NCBI GenBank assembly: GCA_046759765.1
Contig: JBHICV010000004.1
Coordinates: 1 to 41,995 of the forward strand
DNA length: 41,995 nt
Reading direction: 5' to 3'
DNA from: Acidimicrobiia bacterium
Lineage (GTDB): Bacteria; Actinomycetota; Acidimicrobiia; Spongiisociales; CAZKJJ01
The translations under genes were made by a program, and so were the position numbers. Shown here one piece after another: positions 35,208 to 41,995 of the stretch. Position 1 is the stretch's first letter. Every line of letters begins with the position of its first letter. The notes under the pieces are model-generated. The model worked only from the letters and a program-made list of their open reading frames with translations, searched no databases and had not been told where the DNA came from.

Positions 35208-37820
35208 ATGCCCGTCCTTGCGCTCCTCGACGGCCATAGCCTCGCCTACCGCGCATTCTTTGCCCTGCCGCAGGACCTGCAGACACAGTCCGGGCAGCTC
35301 ACCAACTCGGCGTACGGCTTCACGTCCATGCTGATCAAGATGCTGGGAGACCACCATCCTCAGTCAGTCGTCGTGGCCTGGGACAGCGGGCGAACGACCT
35401 TCCGAACCGAGGCCTTTCCCGACTACAAAGCCCAGCGGGAGTCGGCGCCGGATGCCTTTCGTACCCAGCTGCCTCTCATCAAAGAAGTGTTGGAGTCGCT
35501 TCAGGTCACCCAGCTCGAACTCCCCGGATACGAAGCCGACGATCTCATTGCGTCCGTCAATACCCGCGCCGCCAAGGAGGGCTGGGATGTGCTCATCGTC
35601 ACCGGTGACCGTGATGCTTTCCAGCTGATCTCTGACCACACGAAGGTCTTGTACACCAGACGGGGAATTTCCGACATCGTGCTCGCCGACTCGGCGTGGG
35701 TGAGCGAGAGATATGGGATCCTGCCCGAGCAATACACCGACTACGCCGCCCTACGCGGGGACACGTCTGACAACCTGCCGGGCGTGCCTGGAGTCGGTGA
35801 GAAGACCGCATCCCGGCTGATCTCGACGTATGCGGACCTCGAAGGGGTCTACGAGAGCCTGGAAGAGCTGACACCGAAGCTGCGAGAGAACCTCGATCTC
35901 CATCGCGACCAGGTCTTTCTCAATCGCCAGTTGATGCGTCTGGCGTCGGATCTCGAGGTGGAGTTTGAGCTGGCCGAGACATCCCTCACCGACCTCGACC
36001 GGCCTCGGGTCAAGCAAGTGTTCGAAACGCTCGAGTTCTTCAGCCTGTGGGACCGTTTCCTGGATCTCGACATTGCTGAAGGAGCGGGGGACATTCTCGA
36101 GGTCGAGATGATCTCCGCCACATCACAAGCGACGGCCGACCGCCTCTTGGGAACCGATCCTTTGTCCGTCGTGGTGGTACACGACGCCGGAGGCATCGCC
36201 GGCGTGGCGGCGGCGCTTTCCGAAGAAGAAGTGTTGTTCTTCCCGGAGGACCGGCTCGAGCTCCTAGCTCCGATCCTGTCGGATCCGGAAGTCACAAAGG
36301 TTACGCACGATGCCAAAGGGCTCATCCGGGTTCTGTGGGCGAGCGGGATCGAGCCGGCCGGCCTCTCCTTCGATGTCGCCTTGGCCGCCTATCTGCTCAA
36401 TCCCGGCAGCCGCTCCTATGAGCTGGAAGATCTGGCGTCCCGGTACCTCGGGATGGATCTCGGCGCATCGGCAGACGACGAGGCCGCCGACGATGGGCAG
36501 CTGCAGCTAAGCGCCGGCCCCGATCTCGAGCGCTCCGCCCAGGAGACAGTGGCTACCTCGAAGCTCGCTCCGGTACTGGCCCAGCAGCTCAAGGACCGAG
36601 ACGAGCAAGACCTGTTCGACGAGATCGAGATGCCCCTGGCGGAAGTACTGGCCCGCATGGAGGCAACAGGCATTCGGGTGGACCGTGGCTACCTGGAGGA
36701 GCTCGGCGAGAGCCTGCGCGACCAACTGGCGACGCTGGAGCGCCAGATTCACGCTGAGGCCGAGGAGCCGTTCAACATCAACTCAACCACGCAGCTGCGC
36801 GAGGTGCTCTTCGAGCAGCTGAGCCTCCCCGTACTGCGGAAGACCGCCAAGGGGGTTCCCTCGACCGATGCTTCCGTGCTGCAGAAGCTGTCCGACGCAC
36901 ACCCCATCGTGGACAAGCTGCTGCGCTATCGCGAACTCGAGAAGCTGCGCTCGACCTACGTCGACGGGTACGTTCCGCTCATCGCGCCAGATGGCCGCAT
37001 TCACGCCAGTTTCAACCAGATGGGATCGACCACAGGGCGTCTCTCTTCTGAGCAGCCCAACTTGCAGAACATTCCGGTGCGGTCCGAAGCGGGGATGACC
37101 ATCCGCAAGGCGTTCATCCCCACCGAAGAGTGGTCGTTCATAGTTGCCGACTATTCACAGATCGAGCTTCGGATCCTGGCCCACATGAGCGGTGATCCCG
37201 TGCTTGGGGAGGCCTTCTCGTCGGAGGAAGCCGACATTCACACCGCTACCGCGGCCCGCGTCTTTGACATGGACCCGTCCAACGTAACGACCCAGATGCG
37301 GCGGATGGCCAAGACCATCAACTTTGGGCTGATATACGGGATGGAGGCCTTCGGCCTTGCCGATCGACTGGACATCTCCCGGGAGGAAGCGGCGGAATAC
37401 ATCGAGACCTACTTCGGGCAGTTTCCGGACGTCCAAGAGTTTCGCGAGCGGATCGTGGCAGAAGCCAGAGCACGGGGATACACAACCACCGCGTTCGGGC
37501 GGAGGCGCTACCTCCCGGAGCTCTCCAGCGACAACTACCGGATCCGACAGATGGGGGAGAGGATGGCCCTCAATGCCCCCGTCCAAGGAACAGCCGCCGA
37601 CATCATCAAGCGGGCGATGATCGACCTCGACCGAGAGCTGCGAACGAGGGATGCAGAGCTTCTACTACAAGTGCACGACGAGCTGGTTCTGGAGGCGCCG
37701 CCGTCCGAGCTGACCGAGGTCTCGAAACTGACGCGACGGGTAATGGAAGACGCCGCCTCCCTTAATGTCCCACTCCGAGTCGACCTCGGAGGAGGGACCA
37801 ACCTTGCTGAAAGCAAATAA
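35208..37820 (+). CDS. polA: DNA polymerase I
   Basis: LLDGHSLAYRAFFA, GDTSDNLPGVPG, TGRLSS.QPNLQNIP, DYSQIELR, AKTINFGLIYG, QGTAADIIK, QVHDEL. Confidence 0.98.
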   Translation: MPVLALLDGHSLAYRAFFALPQDLQTQSGQLTNSAYGFTSMLIKMLGDHHPQSVVVAWDSGRTTFRTEAFPDYKAQRESAPDAFRTQLPLIKEVLESLQVTQLELPGYEADDLIASVNTRAAKEGWDVLIVTGDRDAFQLISDHTKVLYTRRGISDIVLADSAWVSERYGILPEQYTDYAALRGDTSDNLPGVPGVGEKTASRLISTYADLEGVYESLEELTPKLRENLDLHRDQVFLNRQLMRLASDLEVEFELAETSLTDLDRPRVKQVFETLEFFSLWDRFLDLDIAEGAGDILEVEMISATSQATADRLLGTDPLSVVVVHDAGGIAGVAAALSEEEVLFFPEDRLELLAPILSDPEVTKVTHDAKGLIRVLWASGIEPAGLSFDVALAAYLLNPGSRSYELEDLASRYLGMDLGASADDEAADDGQLQLSAGPDLERSAQETVATSKLAPVLAQQLKDRDEQDLFDEIEMPLAEVLARMEATGIRVDRGYLEELGESLRDQLATLERQIHAEAEEPFNINSTTQLREVLFEQLSLPVLRKTAKGVPSTDASVLQKLSDAHPIVDKLLRYRELEKLRSTYVDGYVPLIAPDGRIHASFNQMGSTTGRLSSEQPNLQNIPVRSEAGMTIRKAFIPTEEWSFIVADYSQIELRILAHMSGDPVLGEAFSSEEADIHTATAARVFDMDPSNVTTQMRRMAKTINFGLIYGMEAFGLADRLDISREEAAEYIETYFGQFPDVQEFRERIVAEARARGYTTTAFGRRRYLPELSSDNYRIRQMGERMALNAPVQGTAADIIKRAMIDLDRELRTRDAELLLQVHDELVLEAPPSELTEVSKLTRRVMEDAASLNVPLRVDLGGGTNLAESK

Positions 37821-37846
37821 CGACTGGCCTTTTGAGTCACCGTCTG

Positions 37847-37855
37847 TGGTACGCT
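37847..37855 (+). promoter_or_regulatory. Extended -10 promoter element for rpsA
   Basis: TGGTACGCT (TGn-TAnnnT) in the polA-rpsA spacer, 63 nt before the ATG. Confidence 0.55.
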
Positions 37856-37918
37856 TCTGCCATTCCATGACCGCGACTCCCGAGCGCGCGGCAACTTTCA
37901 AGGAAGTGATCGAGCTGA

Positions 37919-39286
37919 ATGTCGGACGAACAAGACGCGGAAGCGCCTGAGGCAGCCGCGCCGACGGAGCCGGCCGAGGCTCCCGAGCCGGTCGAAGAAG
38001 CGAATATCTCGGCCACCGGAGCGGGCCCCCACGTAATCGTTGCAAAGCCCCCCGAGGATCTGCCCGATGATCTGGCTCCCGAAGACTTCGAGAAGGCCGT
38101 CCAAGAGACGGTCATCGAGTTCCGAGAGGGCGACATCGTTGAAGGAACCGTTGTCGGGATCAACCACGACGAAGTGCTGGTTGATATCGGATACAAGTCC
38201 GAGGGGCACATTCCGTTGCGGGAACTCTCCATCCGCAACAACGTGAACCCCCACGAGATTGTCCAGGAAGGCGACAGGATCGAAGCACTAGTTCTCGAGA
38301 AGGAGGACGACGAGGGGCGACTTGTCCTCTCCAAGAAACGGGCGCAGTACGAGCGAGCGTGGGGGCGAATCCGGCAAATCTCGGAAGAGGGAGGGACTGT
38401 CGAGGGTCCGGTGATCGAGGTGGTCAAAGGCGGGCTCATAGTTGACATCGGCCTGCGTGGTTTCCTGCCCGCGTCCTTGGTCGAGCTGCGGCGGGTCAGA
38501 GATCTGGAGCCTTATGTCGGACAAGTGCTCGAGGCCAAAGTGATCGAGCTCGACCGCAATCGAAACAACGTAGTCCTCTCACGTCGGGCCTACCTCGAAG
38601 AGGAGCAGGCCGAGCAGCGCTCCGCCTTCCTCGGCGATCTCTCCGAGGGCGAGCTGCGCAAGGGCGTCGTGTCTTCCGTCGTCAACTTCGGAGCTTTCGT
38701 TGATCTCGGCGGTATGGACGGTCTGGTTCACGTCTCCGAGCTGTCCTATCAACACGTCAACCATCCCTCCGAGGTGGTCAAAGTAGGAGACGAAGTCGTC
38801 ATCAAGGTTCTGGAAGTCGACCGGGAGCGAGAGCGAATATCGCTGTCCATCAAGCAGACACAGAACGATCCCTGGGAGGCGTTTGCGGCCGAGCACGGAG
38901 TCGGGGACGTTGTGCAGGGGACCGTCACCAAGACGGTTCCGTTTGGCGCCTTCGTAACGGTGGGAGACGGCGTCGAGGGGCTCGTCCACGTCTCCGAGAT
39001 CGCGATGCATCGCGTCGAGTCGCCGGAACTCGAGCTGTCGGTCGGCGAGCCAGTAACCGTAAGGGTTACGGAGATGGACGACGAGCGCAGGCGCGTCAGC
39101 CTGTCGATAAAGCAGGCGCTTCCGGAGTGGACCGATCGAAGCGAGGTTCGCGAGCAGCGGCGACGCGAGACCAAGGAGTTCCAGCGCGAAGATCAGCCCT
39201 CCGAACGCGAACCGGCCGTGAGCGTCGATGCCTCGCTCGAGGCAATCCTTCAGGAGCTAAAAGAAAGAGGCATAGGCCGGCGCTGA
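37919..39286 (+). CDS. rpsA: 30S ribosomal protein S1 (four S1 domains, actinobacterial type)
   Basis: DIGYKSEG, LSKKRAQYERAW, RGFLPASLVE, FGAFVDLGGMDGLVHVSEL, EGLVHVSEI; follows polA. Confidence 0.97.
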   Translation: MSDEQDAEAPEAAAPTEPAEAPEPVEEANISATGAGPHVIVAKPPEDLPDDLAPEDFEKAVQETVIEFREGDIVEGTVVGINHDEVLVDIGYKSEGHIPLRELSIRNNVNPHEIVQEGDRIEALVLEKEDDEGRLVLSKKRAQYERAWGRIRQISEEGGTVEGPVIEVVKGGLIVDIGLRGFLPASLVELRRVRDLEPYVGQVLEAKVIELDRNRNNVVLSRRAYLEEEQAEQRSAFLGDLSEGELRKGVVSSVVNFGAFVDLGGMDGLVHVSELSYQHVNHPSEVVKVGDEVVIKVLEVDRERERISLSIKQTQNDPWEAFAAEHGVGDVVQGTVTKTVPFGAFVTVGDGVEGLVHVSEIAMHRVESPELELSVGEPVTVRVTEMDDERRRVSLSIKQALPEWTDRSEVREQRRRETKEFQREDQPSEREPAVSVDASLEAILQELKERGIGRR

Positions 39287-39315
39287 GGGGTGTCATCTAC
39301 CTCTTGACATACCTC
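39285..39315 (+). terminator. Possible rpsA terminator hairpin (imperfect) or DNA operator
   Basis: GAGGGGTGTCA-N9-TGACATACCTC stem at the rpsA stop, with only a weak U-tract (TCATTTGT). Confidence 0.3.
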
Positions 39316-39537
39316 TCATTTGTGGGAGCCTGACCCGGTTCCCGGTTAGCAGCCCGGGCGGGTAGGGCAACCGTCCTTCTCCTATCTGGCTGCGCGCGAA
39401 AAAGCACCTTGGGGACGGCGGAGTGGGCTAGCTTCATTTGGACAAGGTAGGGCGTCTCGGTGTTTCCCATTCGGGGGGCTCCGCGCCTCCTGCAAATGGC
39501 TAAACACTCGCACCTCTAGGGACGAAGGAGTTTCTGT

Positions 39538-40407
39538 ATGGGCAAGCGAACACTGGTCCTCATCGTGGCTCTTGTGCTGGCCGGAGTAGCCGGGGCCGCG
39601 GTCTGGGTATTCCTCACTGGCGTCGAGGAAGACATCAAAGCGGGCCAGGAACGGGTGACCGTGTACAAGGCGAACACCCTCATTGTCGAGGGTACGTCTG
39701 GCGATCTTGTATTGAGCCAGCTCACCGCGACCCCACCCCCCGTATACGCCGACGACATCGCCCTGGAGGATCGGCCGGACAACGCATTCAGATCCGAGGA
39801 GGAGCTATCGGCATTCCTCACCGGAAAGGTGGCGGCCGGGCCCATCTCGGGCAACCAGATCTTGACCAGGGATCAGTGGGTTTCGGCGGCAGTCCAGGTG
39901 AGGCCGCTCGCCGATGCCATTCCGGAGGGGAAGCAGGCAATCACCATTGCCGCCGCCGGCGAGAGAGGCGTCAACGGGTTCATCAACCCGGGTGACCGGC
40001 TGAACGTGATCGTCACTATCGCGATACCCGAGGAGGAGGAAGTCGACGAGCTTGCAACCGGCATCCCGACGACGACCACGACCATCGCCGGTGAGATTCC
40101 CCCAGAGCCGCCGGAGATCACCATCACGCGATTTGTGCTTCAGGGCCTTCGCGTCCTGGCGATCGGCCAGGAGATCCGGCCCGAGGCCGATGAGCCGCAG
40201 ACCGTCGACGTCACTACCCCGGCTCCGGGCGAAGAGGTGCCGGTGGAGGAGCGTCGCGACATCATCACCATCGAAGTCACTTCCGAAGAGGCGGAGAAGC
40301 TGGTCTTCTCATACGAGCAGGGCAGCGTCTGGCTGACTCTGGTTCCTGAGGACTTCACGCCTCTGCCCACCGAGGGTGTGACCAGAGAAACGCTGTTCGA
40401 GGAGTGA
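39538..40407 (+). CDS. cpaB: Flp pilus assembly protein CpaB/RcpC
   Basis: N-terminal TM, SAF-like region, IPEGKQAITI...GVNGFINPGDRLNV, VLQGLRVLAIG, ITIEVTSEEAEKL..GSVWLTL; AAGGAG SD. Confidence 0.88.
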   Translation: MGKRTLVLIVALVLAGVAGAAVWVFLTGVEEDIKAGQERVTVYKANTLIVEGTSGDLVLSQLTATPPPVYADDIALEDRPDNAFRSEEELSAFLTGKVAAGPISGNQILTRDQWVSAAVQVRPLADAIPEGKQAITIAAAGERGVNGFINPGDRLNVIVTIAIPEEEEVDELATGIPTTTTTIAGEIPPEPPEITITRFVLQGLRVLAIGQEIRPEADEPQTVDVTTPAPGEEVPVEERRDIITIEVTSEEAEKLVFSYEQGSVWLTLVPEDFTPLPTEGVTRETLFEE

Positions 40408-41603
40408 CGTTGACCGAAGTGGATCTCTCTGACGCGGGCATCGTCGTCGTCGACGACGACGATGCCTTCCTGGACGAGGCCAAGCAGGCCTTTGACGGCT
40501 CAGTCCTGACTGTGACGTCGTTCGCGGATGTCGAGACCATGGTCCGGGAGGGTCGGGTCGACCTGGTCATCATGGGGCCTTCCTACGCCCACGAGAAAGG
40601 CCTGGCCGCGGCAGGAGATCTGCTCGACATTGACTCCGGATTAGCGACCGTGATGGCGGCCGAGTCCCTTAGCGCGCCCCTTCTCCGAGGAGCGCTACGG
40701 GTCGGCTTACGGGACGTCATCGAGGCTCCGCTTACGCTCGAGAAGCTCGAGGAGACCCTCTCCCAGGTAGAGCGCCGTCCGGCCCGCGAGACCCCGGCCG
40801 GACCGGCGGAACCGTTCGCCGACGGGCCCCGCGAGGGCAAGGTCGTCACGATCATGTCGGCTAAGGGCGGCAGCGGCAAGACGGTGGTGGCGACCAACCT
40901 GGCGCTACTGCTCGCCGAACGTCACGATCCGAGCAAGGTCGTGGTCGTGGACGCCGACCTCCAGTTCGGCGACGTTTGCCTTGTCCTGCAACTCGAGCCG
41001 AAGTTGACCATCGTCAACGCCGCCCAGGAGCTGCACCGGTTGGACGAAGAGCTGTTGTCTTCTCTCCTGACGGAGCACAAGAGCGGCATCAAAGTGCTGG
41101 CGGCACCGCTGGAGCCTGCGTTCGCCGACGAGATCTCGACCACGGCGATGACAGAAGTGGTGCAGATGCTCAGGCAGATGTTCGACTATGTCATCGTCGA
41201 CACGGCCTCGTTGCTGGACGAACTGCTCCTTTCCCTGCTTGAGCGGGCCGAGTCGGTGCTGCTGGTCGTGGACATGGACCTACCCAGCGTAAAGAACGCC
41301 AAGCTCGCCCTAGAGACGCTTCGGCTCCTCAAATTCCCCTCCTCCAAGATTCAGATCGTTCTCAACCGTGGCAACGCCAAGAACAAGCTCGATGACCGGG
41401 AGATCGAACGCTCCCTCAAGATGAAGATTGCGGCGACTATCCCCTCCGACGGCCTCGTGCCGGCCTCCGTCAACTCAGGACGGCCGGTGGTCGAGTCCGC
41501 GGCTCGCTCGGGCGTCGCCAGGGCATTCGCCTCCATTGCGGAATTGGTGGAGGTCGAACAACCGAAAGAAAGCCAAAAGAAGGGATTCGGGCGCCGCAAG
41601 TAG
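40404..41603 (+). CDS. cpaE: CpaE/TadZ family pilus localisation ATPase (pseudo-receiver plus MinD/ParA domain)
   Basis: Receiver-like N-terminus, SAKGGSGKT, DADLQFGD, FDYVIVD, VLNR; between cpaB and cpaF. Confidence 0.88.
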   Translation: MTLTEVDLSDAGIVVVDDDDAFLDEAKQAFDGSVLTVTSFADVETMVREGRVDLVIMGPSYAHEKGLAAAGDLLDIDSGLATVMAAESLSAPLLRGALRVGLRDVIEAPLTLEKLEETLSQVERRPARETPAGPAEPFADGPREGKVVTIMSAKGGSGKTVVATNLALLLAERHDPSKVVVVDADLQFGDVCLVLQLEPKLTIVNAAQELHRLDEELLSSLLTEHKSGIKVLAAPLEPAFADEISTTAMTEVVQMLRQMFDYVIVDTASLLDELLLSLLERAESVLLVVDMDLPSVKNAKLALETLRLLKFPSSKIQIVLNRGNAKNKLDDREIERSLKMKIAATIPSDGLVPASVNSGRPVVESAARSGVARAFASIAELVEVEQPKESQKKGFGRRK

Positions 41604-41633
41604 GCGGCTCCACGGGAAAGAGGGAAGTTTCAG

Positions 41634-41995
41634 ATGGCGTCACTTTCAGAAAGAGTTGCAGCGGCCAAAGCCGCCGATGTGAGCATCGACAGCCAGCGGG
41701 ACGGAATGTTCCGCGAGCTGCGCGGTCGGCTCCACTTCAAGATCGTCGAGGAGCTCGGTCCGACCCTGTACGACCGTCAGATGAGCGACGCCGAGCTGCG
41801 CCTGCGCGTGCTCGAGATGCTCGAGTGGGCTCTCGATCAGGAGCAGAACCTTCCTCTGAGCCGAGCCGATCGGACCGAACTGATCTCAGAGATCGCGTCC
41901 GACGTCCTTGGCTACGGACCGATCGACCCTCTCCTCAACGATCCGGAAGTGACGGAGGTAATGGTCAACGGACCCCACCAGGTCTTCATCGAGCG
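41634..41995 (+). CDS. cpaF: CpaF/TadA pilus assembly ATPase, N-terminal fragment (3' truncated)
   Basis: Manual translation gives MASLSERVAAAK...DVLGYGPIDPLLNDPEVTEVMVNGPHQVFIE, the CpaF N-terminal signature; open to the window end. Confidence 0.92.
   Translation, partial: MASLSERVAAAKAADVSIDSQRDGMFRELRGRLHFKIVEELGPTLYDRQMSDAELRLRVLEMLEWALDQEQNLPLSRADRTELISEIASDVLGYGPIDPLLNDPEVTEVMVNGPHQVFIE

Noticed and set aside
34821..35210. Possible integrative element at tRNA-Leu
   Set aside because: No integrase, no duplicated tRNA 3' end noticed in the window, and core genes on both sides.
40436..40465. Short palindromic trinucleotide run GGCATCGTCGTCGTCGACGACGACGATGCC
   Set aside because: Explained by codons for the IVVVDDDDA receiver motif; no evidence for a separate role.
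1..41995. CRISPR arrays, IS elements, prophage or defence genes
   Set aside because: No spaced repeats, transposase, integrase or phage-like ORFs were seen; almost all sequence is explained by housekeeping genes.

Overview
Compact, GC-rich (roughly mid-60s % by eye) core-chromosome segment of an actinobacterium. Gene order and the small conserved hypotheticals suggest Acidimicrobiia (inference). Left: distal dcw cluster mraY(3' end)-murD-ftsW-murG-murC-murB-ftsQ-ftsZ-pgeF-yggS-sepF-yggT-divIVA, with no ftsA or ddl in this stretch. Then a convergent type-2 ileS, dksA/traR-like-lspA-rluD, NDH-2, a zinc-finger rhomboid and dnaE. Middle: a Get3/ArsA-like ATPase pair, a double-domain thyX, a hot-dog thioesterase, nth-MATE, MFS, ccdA-ygfZ, an OmpR/HisKA two-component pair, a GT87 glycosyltransferase, bcp and tRNA-Leu(CAA). 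Right: a coiled-coil hypothetical, polA, rpsA and the start of a Tad/Flp pilus locus (cpaB-cpaE-cpaF, truncated by the window end). I found no mobile element, CRISPR array or defence island, and no clearly new multi-gene system. The most interesting signals are regulatory and mechanistic: recurrent leaderless promoter architecture, two probable non-canonical start codons, an ORF starting 2 nt after the tRNA, an 11-bp-phased direct repeat before the response regulator, a MerR/FtsR-like palindrome before ftsZ, complementary Walker A degeneracy in the ATPase pair, and a structured 250-bp leader before the Tad locus.
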